Numbered from the stretch's first letter, positions 28,743 to 39,209 are shown. The stretch is 64,000 nt of DNA from Candidatus Shapirobacteria bacterium (GCA_041665485.1 JBAYIT010000002.1:197867-261866); one strand, 5' to 3'. Notes: generated by a model not told the origin, from the letters alone. Numbers and translations: made by a program.

Positions 28743-30582
28743 AACACGTAAAATTATCAGTTTTATTCTTCTTCTTACTGTTTATTTATTTACCAAACTA
28801 GGAAAATATATTTTTCCCAAACTAAGGCTTAATCAACGATTAATCTCCATTTTAGACATCCACAGCTCCAATTCCATTTCCGGTATCGAGATTATTGATC
28901 TTGCTCTACGAAACATGAAATCAAAGAAAACAAGAACTTTAATAACTATCGGTGGAATGACTCTAGGCATTGGCGCTATTGTTTTTCTTGTTTCTATTGG
29001 TTATGGTTTCGAAAAACTTGTCATCACCAGAGTTGCCAGGCTCGAAGAAATGCGTCAGGCAGACATCACCACCCAACTCGGAGGCAAAGTGAAAATTGAC
29101 GACAAAACCCTTTCCGATCTCAAAGGAATTCAAACCGTCGAGTCCGTTTTTCCTTTAATTGCTGTTGTCGGTCGTGTCAGTTACCAGAAATCGGTCACCG
29201 ACACTGCCGTCTACGGTGTCACTAGTGAGTATCTCAATCAATCAGCCATCAAACCCGTTAGTGGTCAAATTTTTAATAGTAACGATCTCTCTCTTGATGT
29301 TTATCAGCCAATTGGAAAAGTTGCCGGAATTACCAGCGAAACAGAAGTTGGAACCATCGGTGAAAAAATTCAAGATGTTGACTTCACTATTAATCCGGAA
29401 AGTTGGATTAAAGTTCGGGCCAATCCAAACACAAATTCTCAAATTTTAGGTTACACCAAAAGAGTTGAAGGCCAATCAAGCGGGCAGGAAGTATGGGGAG
29501 GGGAATACCAAATCGATAACAACCAAAAGCTTGAAAAATGGATTAAAGCCCCCGTTCTTCTCTGGAAGAAAGAGGGAGCTCAATATTTAGTTATCAACGG
29601 CCAAGACAACAGCCAAATTCAAGAAACTGGCTATTTTGCCGAAATCAATTTACAAATCTCTGGCGCCAGTCTAAAAGAACCTGATGTTTTAGGGGTTGTC
29701 AGTAACCAAAGCAATCTCGATTGGGTAGAGATAGCTTCAGAATCAGCCACTCTGTCTCCTCCGGCCACAAAAATTGTCGATCTCTCTTCTCAAGCCAAAC
29801 GGCAAGCCGTTGTCAACCGGGCCATGCTCTCTGTCTTGGGAATTAAAGAAAGCGAGGCCCTTACTAAAAGGTTTAACGCCTCCTTTATTGTTGTCAGCGA
29901 TCTCCTTAACGACCCCACCACCAACATCGAGTCAAGTCAGGCAGAATATTCCATTGTTGGTGTCACTCCCGACGAAAAAACACCTGTCTTTTATGTTCCG
30001 TTCATTGACCTTAGAACCCTCGGTATCACCAACTTTTCTCAAGTTAAAGTCGTCGTTAAAAATCAAAACGAACTTTCCAAAACCAGGCGCCAAATCGAAT
30101 CAATGGGCTACATCACCCGTTCTGTTGCTGACACTGTTGCCCAAATCAATTCACTGTTCGCCACCGCCCGAACTATTCTCATGGTTTTAGGTATGGTTGC
30201 CCTGGGAGTTGCTGCCTTGGGAATGTTCAACACCCTAACTATTTCTCTTTTAGAAAGAACCCGTGAAGTTGGATTAATGAAAGCAATGGGCATGAAATCT
30301 TCTGAAGTTCAGGAGTTGTTTTTAGCAGAGTCAGTAATTATGGGTTTTCTCGGAGGTGTTTTTGGTATTCTTCTCGGCTGGATTTTAGGAAAATTTATTG
30401 GTCTTTCTCTCTCTTTCTTTTCTTTTTTTAAGGGAGTTGGAGTTATCGATGTTGCCCACATTCCCACTCCTTTTATTATCACTATTGTTTTCCTTTCTCT
30501 CTTAGTTGGTCTATTAACCGGCATTTATCCCGCCAAAAGATCAACCAGAATTTCCGCCCTCAACGCCCTAAGATACGAATAA
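28732..30582 (+). CDS. MacB/FtsX-family ABC permease with extracellular insert
   Basis: Paralog of 6090-8117, with the same ERTREVGLMKAMG and ALNALRYE motifs. Confidence 0.9.
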   Translation: MIDRTRKIISFILLLTVYLFTKLGKYIFPKLRLNQRLISILDIHSSNSISGIEIIDLALRNMKSKKTRTLITIGGMTLGIGAIVFLVSIGYGFEKLVITRVARLEEMRQADITTQLGGKVKIDDKTLSDLKGIQTVESVFPLIAVVGRVSYQKSVTDTAVYGVTSEYLNQSAIKPVSGQIFNSNDLSLDVYQPIGKVAGITSETEVGTIGEKIQDVDFTINPESWIKVRANPNTNSQILGYTKRVEGQSSGQEVWGGEYQIDNNQKLEKWIKAPVLLWKKEGAQYLVINGQDNSQIQETGYFAEINLQISGASLKEPDVLGVVSNQSNLDWVEIASESATLSPPATKIVDLSSQAKRQAVVNRAMLSVLGIKESEALTKRFNASFIVVSDLLNDPTTNIESSQAEYSIVGVTPDEKTPVFYVPFIDLRTLGITNFSQVKVVVKNQNELSKTRRQIESMGYITRSVADTVAQINSLFATARTILMVLGMVALGVAALGMFNTLTISLLERTREVGLMKAMGMKSSEVQELFLAESVIMGFLGGVFGILLGWILGKFIGLSLSFFSFFKGVGVIDVAHIPTPFIITIVFLSLLVGLLTGIYPAKRSTRISALNALRYE

Positions 30583-30825
30583 AAAACAAGAGCTGGTAAC
30601 CGTAATTGGCTCGGACCTATTTGATCTTGATGACGATATCAAACAATATCTACTCGACCCCGAATTGCCACTTATTTTTAAAACAAAAATCGGTCTTCGC
30701 TATTACATTACAGCTGACCTTATTTTACAACTTCAAGTTCTAAAAGACCATCTAAATATCGAAAGTTTCGAAAAAATTTCTTTATACTATCCAAAGTCGT
30801 ATAATCGTATTAAGAAGATAACAAT

Positions 30826-31557
30826 ATGAAAACAAAATTATTACTAGGATTATTGATAGTGGTCGTTATAGGAGGAATCATCTTGTGGAATTCAGGAAAA
30901 AAGACTCAATCTTTAACTACAAATTCTGAGCCTACCCCTCTTCAGGAAGAAAACTCCCAACAAAAAGACATTGACGCGATAAGATCCTTCATGAGTGAGC
31001 CCAATCTTGAATTATCTTTCATCAACATCGGTTTACCGACACAATATTTTAGAGTCGGGAAAATCACAAAAGTAGGGAACGGTGAAAATATGGATGCAGT
31101 TGACACTTGGACCCGCAACATTAACGTCTATGACCAGAAAGAATTAATTAATAAAGAATGTTCTGTTTATGAATTTAATACTGATGCCAGAAATCACAAT
31201 TTAACTGCCGTAATTATCCGTGGTTTGCGACAAAATGAAATTGAAAACCTTAAAAATTCAGGAAAAACGTGCGATTTCAATTCTAAAAATGTTCAAAAAT
31301 TAACCAAAACACAGGCAGAAACTATTGCCATGGGTTATCTAAAACGAGCATTACCAAATTTCGATCAAATTAAAGATCAATTCGTCTATTCCTCCCAAAA
31401 CAACGGCGAATCACACGAATGGCTTTGGCAGGATAAAAACTACAAATTACCAGAAGGTTTAAGTAGCCGACCATACCCAGGCCCAATTATCCGGATATCT
31501 TTTTATGGTGATAATCAGATTCAATATTGGAACACCACGTCACTTTTTGCAAATTAA
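30826..31557 (+). CDS. Membrane-anchored extracellular hypothetical protein (paralog of 16023-16853)
   Basis: N-terminal TM plus the shared motifs listed for 16023-16853. Confidence 0.7.
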   Translation: MKTKLLLGLLIVVVIGGIILWNSGKKTQSLTTNSEPTPLQEENSQQKDIDAIRSFMSEPNLELSFINIGLPTQYFRVGKITKVGNGENMDAVDTWTRNINVYDQKELINKECSVYEFNTDARNHNLTAVIIRGLRQNEIENLKNSGKTCDFNSKNVQKLTKTQAETIAMGYLKRALPNFDQIKDQFVYSSQNNGESHEWLWQDKNYKLPEGLSSRPYPGPIIRISFYGDNQIQYWNTTSLFAN

Positions 31558-31571
31558 ATGCAAAAAACTAA

Positions 31572-33818
31572 TTATGAGTCGAACGTAATTGTCTCTTTAG
31601 CTTTATTGAAAATTTCAACTCTATTATCTATATCAACTCTGCTTACTAGCCAGCCGCGCAGCTCACATTGACGAGTAAAGTCATTAATTCTATTAACTCC
31701 GTTAATTTCTTTTAGCGTCACTACTAGACCAAATTTCGTACCTACTCCAAGCCGCTTAATTAGCCTTTCTTTTGTTTTGATACTTATTCCCCACAAACCA
31801 TGTTCGTAAACTTTACGCGCACCAATTTTGTCTGTGTACAATTCACTTATATGTTTCGTATTGTCCCATTTTCGATAGAATTGCCTTGCATTACCCTCAT
31901 ATATATAATGTCTCTCACCGTCGTCGGCACTTTGTACGTTTTTATTTATAGATTTAATCCCATCTTTCACCACTCTTCCTACATATATATCTAATTCGGT
32001 GTTCGTATAATCAACACCCTGATTGACTGAACAACTAGGGAAATAGCACAGAGTGGCCTTTGCAACAAAGGGGTGTTTTTCATTATGTATAGGGACAGGT
32101 AAATTGTAAGTATACGTATCCCACTTTTCTGAAATACCACTAATGACAAACTTTATTTCGCTATCACTTGACTTGACAATATCATCAATTTTCTTTGGCA
32201 CTACACCATGTCCTACCAGTGGCGCTAGTTTAAGATCGTTTCCCACACCATTCCATCCAGCTGCAGCATCTACAATTAACGCTTTCGCAACCTCACGACT
32301 AAGACCCAGCACTTCTATTAGGTATGCAACTTTTCGAGCCACCCATGGTGCAGCAAATGAAGTACCACAATGAAGTTCTCTGCCAGTTGGAGTATAAACA
32401 CAAACATAATCATTTGTGTCACCGCCAAAACTACTAACATCTGGTTTGTTAAAAAATGATAAAACCAAGCCTTTTCTAGTATAAGATGCAGGAGTTCCAG
32501 CACTATTGACCGAATTTACTACTATAGCGTTAATTGAATCGGCTGGTGAACCTATCATCTTCTCAACTTTAGGATCATCATAGCGCTTATTAGTTCCAGC
32601 AATCACAAAAATAACGTCATTTTCATACTGAATCTGATCCAATATTGCCGCTTCTGGTGATATAAAATTAGGATTAATTTCCCTATCAGATCCCAACGAT
32701 AAATTCCACACCTTTATATCAGTATTAGCCACAACAATCTCCTTTATTGCCTTCATTATAGAAAAAGAACTATACTGGCCTTGAGCAGCTACACCAAAAT
32801 GTCTCACTCTAAATCTTCCGCAACCATCATCTAATTCAGGGTTAATGGTCGGTCCATCAACAATAATTGAACTTACAGAGGTTCCATGGACATAGTCATC
32901 AGAAACTGTTGGTATTTCATCGTTAATCATTTTTCTAAAATCAACCCATTCAGAAAAATAGACTCGCTCGTCAAATAGCGTATCAATAACACCAATAATA
33001 GGTTCACCATTTGGAGGATCAATTGTAATTGTTGGATCGTTCACTGTACTACCAACAATATCATCATGACTTAGTTTAGATAAATCCTCAGTTGCCATAG
33101 CTATTAGATATGGCGCCTTTTCAGACAACAAAGTAATTTGATCTGGGTATAGGAGTAGAGTAGTTTCACTTATTATTTTATCTGGCTGTACATTAATACC
33201 AATTTTTTTCATTAAGCCAACCAAATCTACACTAGTTTTATATATAGTAATTATTGACTGGTTGGTAGTGTTTGCACTATTGTCAGGTATAGTAAAATCT
33301 TCTACGTAGTGAGAGTCGACAATCAGATTGCAAAAAGTAGTTTTAGCAATCCTATAATGCGAATATTTTATATCTTTTTTTTGTAGATTCTCAATCAAGT
33401 CATGAGTAATTGATCCAGCAAACTCTTCATTCAAGAGCTTTATGCAACTTTGTATATTTTCAATTGTATGATTGATAACTTCTTTGCCAACATAATGAGT
33501 AATAATATGTTTTATCTTCTTATCATTAGCAAATCTCGCACCAACAACTGTATTATTTATAGAGTCACCGCCTCCCGAAAGGAAACCTTTTATTCTATTA
33601 CTCTTAGCTATAACATCGGTATAACAGACATCAATAAGACAACCCCCGATAATATTTTGACCTACCCAATAATTATACAAATTCTTAAACTCGTCCAACA
33701 ACGACTGAAGTTTTTTGGAGGTAATAGGCGTGGCATTCTTGGGTATGTTTCTATAACCTGGTTTGTTATCACTTGATCGCTGTTGGAATGTTCCTTTCAA
33801 TTGAAGAATGTTATTCAT
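31572..33818 (-). CDS. S8 subtilisin-like serine protease (IetS-like)
   Basis: Catalytic IGVIDT, HGTSVSS and GTSFAAP motifs; no signal peptide; 3 nt after the AAA ATPase. Confidence 0.85.
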   Translation of the reverse strand: MNNILQLKGTFQQRSSDNKPGYRNIPKNATPITSKKLQSLLDEFKNLYNYWVGQNIIGGCLIDVCYTDVIAKSNRIKGFLSGGGDSINNTVVGARFANDKKIKHIITHYVGKEVINHTIENIQSCIKLLNEEFAGSITHDLIENLQKKDIKYSHYRIAKTTFCNLIVDSHYVEDFTIPDNSANTTNQSIITIYKTSVDLVGLMKKIGINVQPDKIISETTLLLYPDQITLLSEKAPYLIAMATEDLSKLSHDDIVGSTVNDPTITIDPPNGEPIIGVIDTLFDERVYFSEWVDFRKMINDEIPTVSDDYVHGTSVSSIIVDGPTINPELDDGCGRFRVRHFGVAAQGQYSSFSIMKAIKEIVVANTDIKVWNLSLGSDREINPNFISPEAAILDQIQYENDVIFVIAGTNKRYDDPKVEKMIGSPADSINAIVVNSVNSAGTPASYTRKGLVLSFFNKPDVSSFGGDTNDYVCVYTPTGRELHCGTSFAAPWVARKVAYLIEVLGLSREVAKALIVDAAAGWNGVGNDLKLAPLVGHGVVPKKIDDIVKSSDSEIKFVISGISEKWDTYTYNLPVPIHNEKHPFVAKATLCYFPSCSVNQGVDYTNTELDIYVGRVVKDGIKSINKNVQSADDGERHYIYEGNARQFYRKWDNTKHISELYTDKIGARKVYEHGLWGISIKTKERLIKRLGVGTKFGLVVTLKEINGVNRINDFTRQCELRGWLVSRVDIDNRVEIFNKAKETITFDS

Positions 33819-33821
33819 ATA

Positions 33822-34862
33822 TTAAGTGTTTAACTCTCTTGATACTTGACTCTTGGAGACACCCGTCAATATTTCTATTTCTCTGACGGTAAAGCCACCA
33901 TTTTGTAATGTTTTTAAGTCTAGATTTCTTCTTTTCGAGTTGATAGATTCGTACAATTTTTTTAGATAGTCATATTCATTAGTCGGATCACTGAATGCAA
34001 TGGAAGTCTTAATTATGTTTTTTAAATCACCTGGATAAGGAATATCGTTCATGGTTGAGATTATCTTCTTGAATAGCCTCATATTACGTCCAACAAACTT
34101 AAATCTCACCAACAGATCATTCAATATAGAATCGGCAACTTCAAGCAATTCTTCTCTACTGTATCTATTGAAGTTAATAATCGAGTCAAATCTCCTAAGT
34201 AGTGCCTTATCAAACTGCCCAAATAAATTGGTCGTGGCTATAAGCACGACACTGTCAGTTAAACCATCTAGACCTTTTAGAACCGAAGATGTTACTCGTC
34301 CCATTTCTCGCAAATCATTAGAATTTACTCTATCTAGAGCTATTGCATCTATCTCATCAAATAAAATAATTACCTTTTCTGGTTGCGGTAGACTTCGCAA
34401 CTCCATAAAAACAGAAGCAATATTTTTCGACGTTTGTCCCAATTTACTGTCAATGATACTATCAAAATCTATTACATATAATTCACGTTCAAGAATACGA
34501 GCAATTTGTTTTGCAGTCTCCGTTTTACCCGTCCCAGGGTCACCTTCAAACAAGAATTTGTTCACTCCTGCATTGTGATTAATCGAATTAATAACACCAA
34601 CAATGTCATTTTTTATTAAAATCGGAAGAGGAAAAGAGTTTCCATTGGTTAAGTTTACCTTTGTAAAAAATGAGGAATTATATTCATTATTCTGTGGAAC
34701 AAAGGTATTTGTACCAGATAATAAAGCCATAATATATTGAGCCAACTCCGAGTCACCAAGAGAGTCAAGGTATCTAGCTATATCATAAGCTTCGTTCCTA
34801 AAACCAGCCTCGTTTTTCTCGGCATGATATTTTATTAAATTCAAAATATTTTTTTTACGCAT
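33822..34862 (-). CDS. AAA+ ATPase (IetA-like)
   Basis: GDPGTGKT, LFDEID, DKALLRRFD motifs; C-terminal HTH-like tail. Confidence 0.88.
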   Translation of the reverse strand: MRKKNILNLIKYHAEKNEAGFRNEAYDIARYLDSLGDSELAQYIMALLSGTNTFVPQNNEYNSSFFTKVNLTNGNSFPLPILIKNDIVGVINSINHNAGVNKFLFEGDPGTGKTETAKQIARILERELYVIDFDSIIDSKLGQTSKNIASVFMELRSLPQPEKVIILFDEIDAIALDRVNSNDLREMGRVTSSVLKGLDGLTDSVVLIATTNLFGQFDKALLRRFDSIINFNRYSREELLEVADSILNDLLVRFKFVGRNMRLFKKIISTMNDIPYPGDLKNIIKTSIAFSDPTNEYDYLKKLYESINSKRRNLDLKTLQNGGFTVREIEILTGVSKSQVSRELNT

Positions 34863-35083
34863 CTGTAAATTAATTTAACCATATTAACAACAATGGGACA
34901 AGTACTCAATAAAGTGGGACATATTATTGAAATTAAAAACTGGATTATCAGATATAGGTCCGACTCCGGTTACCGGTATGAATTTTTCCAGGCTAAAGAC
35001 AAAACGCTAAAAATAGTGGCTAGAACTCGGGATAATGTTGATTTCTTGAGGAAAATAGGAGAAAACACAAAACCATTTCGCTA

Positions 35084-35159
<76 letters not shown>

Positions 35160-35246
35160 AAAACCAGTTAACAGTTTTCAGTTCACCGTTTACCGTAAAA
35201 TTTCTTTTTACTGTTAACTGTTAACGGTAAACTATAAACGGTAATG

Positions 35247-35319
35247 TGCCGAAGGTTGGACTCGAACCAACATCCCAGGTTTTTCAGACCAGTGCCGTGA
35301 CCATCTTGGCTACTTCGGC
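35247..35319 (-). tRNA. tRNA-Phe(GAA) copy 1
   Basis: Cloverleaf; anticodon loop CTGAAAA. Confidence 0.9.
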
Positions 35320-35391
35320 TAGAAGTGACTTTATTATATCAATTCAATCTTTAATTCGTAATTCTAAGTTGAAGATTGAAGATTGATCTAG

Positions 35392-35473
35392 TGCCGCTAG
35401 TGGGACTTGAACCCACACGCCTTTCGGCATACGCTTCTGAGACGTACGTGTATACCAATTTCACCACAGCGGC
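35392..35473 (-). tRNA. tRNA-Leu(CAG)
   Basis: Cloverleaf with variable arm; anticodon loop CTCAGAA. Confidence 0.92.
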
Positions 35474-35527
35474 TTACCCCCTATTTTACCCCAAACTCAC
35501 CTCAACTCCTATTTATGCATTTTCAAG

Positions 35528-36238
35528 TCAAGCATTTTCAAACGCTTCCAAGTTAGCTAAAAACCAAGGACTATTTACATCCCCTGATTTTGAGCACATT
35601 TCAATCGGGCCAAGATAATTAAACATTCTTCCAATTCTAATCATCTTTTTACCAAAAACAATGTCATATTTTGTATCCAGCTTTTTTCGAACAGTCAAAT
35701 AGCACTCCTCTAGTTCGTCCTGCCAGCCCAAAGGGTAATATTTTTTCTGCCAGTTTGGATTCGTACAATGCAAATCACCCAAAAATCGGCCAATATCATG
35801 TTCCGCAAACCCTCCTCTCATATTTTCCCAATCAATTATTTTAACCACCCGGCCGTCTGTAACCACATTTTGAGGTAGGAAATCATCATGAATCAACTGA
35901 TAATTACTCTCAATGATTTCGAGTGATCTTTTAAGTTCATTCATCTGCTTTTCTGGTAAGTTCAAATTCAAATCAAGCGAATTAGCATAATACTTTTTAT
36001 CAAACTTAATAAAATCACATTTTATTTCTTTAACGAAATGGTGAAATTTGGCTATAGCCTCAACCGCCATTAGATAATATTTCTTTTCTTTACCAATTAA
36101 ATCTCCTCCCTCAAACCAGGGAAAATAGCCAATATTATTTTCTATTTTTTCCGGAAACAAGACAAAATCAAACCTCGAATCTCCCTTTAATAGTTCATAA
36201 AATCGAATTTCACTGGAATTAAGAGCCTTTTGCTTCAT
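35528..36238 (-). CDS. APH/choline-kinase-like phosphotransferase
   Basis: LIHDDFLPQNV and KIIDWE motifs. Confidence 0.75.
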   Translation of the reverse strand: MKQKALNSSEIRFYELLKGDSRFDFVLFPEKIENNIGYFPWFEGGDLIGKEKKYYLMAVEAIAKFHHFVKEIKCDFIKFDKKYYANSLDLNLNLPEKQMNELKRSLEIIESNYQLIHDDFLPQNVVTDGRVVKIIDWENMRGGFAEHDIGRFLGDLHCTNPNWQKKYYPLGWQDELEECYLTVRKKLDTKYDIVFGKKMIRIGRMFNYLGPIEMCSKSGDVNSPWFLANLEAFENA

Positions 36239-36483
36239 TATTTTTCGACCAATCTTTTATAAACAAAAGCTTTACCAGATCCCGACTTAAGGTAAAGTTC
36301 AAATTCTTCAGCTTTTTGCTTATCTTTAAAGCCACAAAACCAAACTAACTTCCAAGGAACGTGACCTTTTGTAAATTTCGACTGGCCGTTATTATGCTCC
36401 TCAACTCTTTTTTTTACATCTCTCGTATACCCATAGTATAAAAGTCCAGATTTCAAACTCCTAAGTATATAAACGTAATACAT
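36238..36483 (-). CDS. GIY-YIG nuclease (small, stand-alone)
   Basis: YYVYIL..LYYGYT..RVEEHN..E.YLKSGSG motifs. Confidence 0.88.
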   Translation of the reverse strand: MYYVYILRSLKSGLLYYGYTRDVKKRVEEHNNGQSKFTKGHVPWKLVWFCGFKDKQKAEEFELYLKSGSGKAFVYKRLVEK

Positions 36484-36491
36484 TTTCTTTC

Positions 36492-36635
36492 GCAATCGTC
36501 CGAAGCTTTAAATAGAGCAATCGTCCGAAGCTTTAAATAGAGCAATCGTCCGAAGCTTTAAATAGAGCAATCGTCCGAAGCTTTAAATAGAGCAATCGTC
36601 CGAAGCTTTAAATAGAGCAATCGTCCGAAGCTTTA
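36492..36635. repeat. Perfect 25-bp tandem repeat, 5 full copies plus a 19-nt partial
   Basis: Unit GCAATCGTCCGAAGCTTTAAATAGA starting at 36492, 36517, 36542, 36567, 36592 and 36617; no spacers. Confidence 0.95.
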
Positions 36636-36647
36636 GCGTAGGACGAG

Positions 36648-36718
36648 AGCGGGTAGGGGGAATCGGACCCCCGCCGAGAGATTGGAAATCTTTCGTTCTA
36701 CCACTAAACTATACCCGC
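36648..36718 (-). tRNA. tRNA-Gly(TCC)
   Basis: GCGGGTA/TACCCGC acceptor stem; anticodon loop TTTCCAA. Confidence 0.88.
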
Positions 36719-36763
36719 ACTACTGCTTATTTTATCAGAACTTCTGCTTTATAATACACCTAG

Positions 36764-36848
36764 GCCGCTGTGGCGAAACTGGTATACGCGCAAGACTTAA
36801 AATCTTGTGGTCTCAAAAACCGTGTGGGTCCGATTCCCGCCAGCGGCA
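36764..36848 (+). tRNA. tRNA-Leu(TAA)
   Basis: CAAGA-CTTAAAA-TCTTG anticodon arm; long variable arm. Confidence 0.92.
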
Positions 36849-36916
36849 CACCGTCTGTTACTGCAAACACACTTAGCGGGTTTACCCGCCGTAGTCCCGC
36901 AGTAGCGGGACGTAGG

Positions 36917-36990
36917 CGGGGATTGGCGCAATTGGCTAGCGCGCACGGTTTGGGACCGTGAGGTTGCTGGTTCGAATCCAGTATCCCCGA
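36917..36990 (+). tRNA. tRNA-Pro(TGG)
   Basis: CACGG-TTTGGGA-CCGTG anticodon arm. Confidence 0.93.
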
Positions 36991-37032
36991 CTTCGACCGC
37001 CGTAGTTTTTAAAACGAAGGCGGTTGTATTTT

Positions 37033-38139
37033 ATGCGCCCCACCCACTTCAAAACCATCACCGGCCAGAGTATCCCCTTGCCTGTCTTTTTTCCCGATGC
37101 CACTCGGGCCGTTCTCAAGGCTCTTGACAGCGCCGATATTGTCGGCACCAAAACTCCCGGTATCTTAGTCAACACTTTTCATCTTTTCTCTCAACCTGGG
37201 CTTTCGGTAATTAAGCAGTTCAAAGGTGTCAGGCCCTTCATGGACTGGGGTGGGGGAGTCATCTCCGATTCCGGCGGCTTTCAAGTCATGTCTTTAGCCA
37301 AGGCCGACGGCAATAAAAACGCCGTCACCGACAAGGGTGTCACTTTCAAAACCCAAAATCTTGGCAAAGTTTTTTTTACTCCGGAAATGTCGATCAATAT
37401 GCAATTTGCCATTAAGTCCGACATGATCGTCGCTTTAGACGACTTCACCCCACCCAACGCCAGTCCCGCCGAAAGTCGAGAAACAGTTGAGCGAACTATT
37501 CTCTGGGCCAAAGTTTGCAAAAAGATATTTACTAAAACTTGTCAGGAACGAAAAATTGACCCCGAAAATCAACCCTATCTTCTTGGGGTTGTCCAGGGTG
37601 GTGATGATCTAAAGCTTCGAACCGAATGCACAGAGCGTCTAGTTGATATCGGTTTTGACGGTCTTGGTTATGGTGGCTGGCCTCTTAATGAAGATGGCTT
37701 TAATTACGACGTTGCCAAAACTATAGCTAAAAATTCCCCCAACAACTATCTCCTTTACGGCCTCGGAGTTGGCAAACCCGACGAAATCGCCGGTTGCGCT
37801 CGTCTGGGTTGGCAAATTTTTGATTGTGTCTTGCCCACCCGCGATGCCCGTCACCGCCGTCTATATGTTTATAATGCCGATAATATAGATCATATAGATA
37901 TTAATCAATCTAAGTTCTACTCCTATTACACCCCCGACAAAGAAATTCATTATCGCAGTCAGAAGCCGGTTAGTACTGCCTGCGACTGTCATCTTTGCAC
38001 CCACTACTCCCGAGCCTATTTAGGCCATCTTTTCCGTATCGGCGATATGACCGCCGGCCGCTTGGCCACCATTCACAATCTTCGTTTTTACTCGATTTTA
38101 ATGGACAAAATCCGTGAACAAGTTAACCCGAATTCTTAA
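37033..38139 (+). CDS. tgt: tRNA-guanine transglycosylase
   Basis: DSGGFQV, GVVQGG, FDCVLPTR, CDCHLC..H zinc site. Confidence 0.92.
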   Translation: MRPTHFKTITGQSIPLPVFFPDATRAVLKALDSADIVGTKTPGILVNTFHLFSQPGLSVIKQFKGVRPFMDWGGGVISDSGGFQVMSLAKADGNKNAVTDKGVTFKTQNLGKVFFTPEMSINMQFAIKSDMIVALDDFTPPNASPAESRETVERTILWAKVCKKIFTKTCQERKIDPENQPYLLGVVQGGDDLKLRTECTERLVDIGFDGLGYGGWPLNEDGFNYDVAKTIAKNSPNNYLLYGLGVGKPDEIAGCARLGWQIFDCVLPTRDARHRRLYVYNADNIDHIDINQSKFYSYYTPDKEIHYRSQKPVSTACDCHLCTHYSRAYLGHLFRIGDMTAGRLATIHNLRFYSILMDKIREQVNPNS

Positions 38140-39160
38140 TCGGCTCCCACCCCATGCCACTTTTGAAACCATCACTTTTGGTTGCCGGGTCAACGCCGCC
38201 GAATCCCACCAATTTTCCCAACTACTAATCGACAATGGTCTTTATCCCTGTTGTAATAATCCCAATCTGTTTATTATCAATACTTGTGCCATCACCCAAA
38301 AAGGGGAGTATGAATCTACTGCTAAAATCCGCCACCTTTTAGATCTTCACCCTCAATCTCTAATTATCGCCACCGGCTGTGCTTCTCTAAAGATCAAGCA
38401 TCCCCGTCTTTTTGTTTTATCCAACACCGAAAAAGAAGCTCTGCTTGATGCCCTCAATAGTTCCTATTCTCCAGAAATCACCGATAAATACACCCATAGT
38501 CACCGTTTTCTTCTCAAAATCCAGTCCGGTTGCACTGCCAATTGCTCCTATTGTGTCGTCCCCACCCGTCGTTCCTATCTCAAATCGTTACCTATCGATA
38601 AGGCCATCATTACGGTCAATAAGGCCGTCGAAAACGGCTATAAAGAAGTGATTATCACCGGCGTTAATCTGGCTCAATATACTCCTGGCCTTTCTAATCT
38701 GCTCGAAGCCCTCCTCACCCAAACCCAAATCCCTCTCATCTCTTTTGGCTCCCTCCCCCTCCTCTGCATAGACGACAAATTCTTATTTTTAATTAAAAAT
38801 TTCAAATTAAAAATTAAAAATTTTCTTCATATTCCCATTCAGTCCGGCTCCGACCGTATTCTCAAACTCATGTCCCGCCCCTATACTCAAAAAGATATTT
38901 TATTTAAAATTAAAAATTTAAAATTAAAAATTAAACATTTAAAACTTGGCACCGACATTATCATCGGTTTCCCCTCCGAAACCGAGGATGATCTTCAAGA
39001 AACCCTTAATTTGTGTAAATCTTTATCATTCACTAAAATCCACACCTTCCGTTTCTCCCCCCGCCCCGGCACCCCTGCCTGGGATCTCAACCAAAAATTC
39101 CCCGTCAAACCCTCCGACATCAACTCCCGCTCCCGCCTCCTCCGCAAATTAGTTTCGTAA
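38114..39160 (+). CDS. MiaB/MtaB-family radical SAM methylthiotransferase (no TRAM domain)
   Basis: TFGCRVN, INTC, CTANCSYC, FSPRPGT. Confidence 0.85.
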   Translation: MNKLTRILNRLPPHATFETITFGCRVNAAESHQFSQLLIDNGLYPCCNNPNLFIINTCAITQKGEYESTAKIRHLLDLHPQSLIIATGCASLKIKHPRLFVLSNTEKEALLDALNSSYSPEITDKYTHSHRFLLKIQSGCTANCSYCVVPTRRSYLKSLPIDKAIITVNKAVENGYKEVIITGVNLAQYTPGLSNLLEALLTQTQIPLISFGSLPLLCIDDKFLFLIKNFKLKIKNFLHIPIQSGSDRILKLMSRPYTQKDILFKIKNLKLKIKHLKLGTDIIIGFPSETEDDLQETLNLCKSLSFTKIHTFRFSPRPGTPAWDLNQKFPVKPSDINSRSRLLRKLVS

Positions 39161-39209
39161 TTTTTTTCAAATTCTAGATTCGTACATTCGTATATTCGTA
39201 GATTCTTAA

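Noticed and set aside
30586-30829. Open frame between the permease and the next gene (QELVTVIGSDLFD...)
   Set aside because: No convincing start or recognisable motif; at most a gene fragment.
36492-36635. Possible CRISPR array
   Set aside because: The units are contiguous and identical with no spacers, and no cas genes are present.
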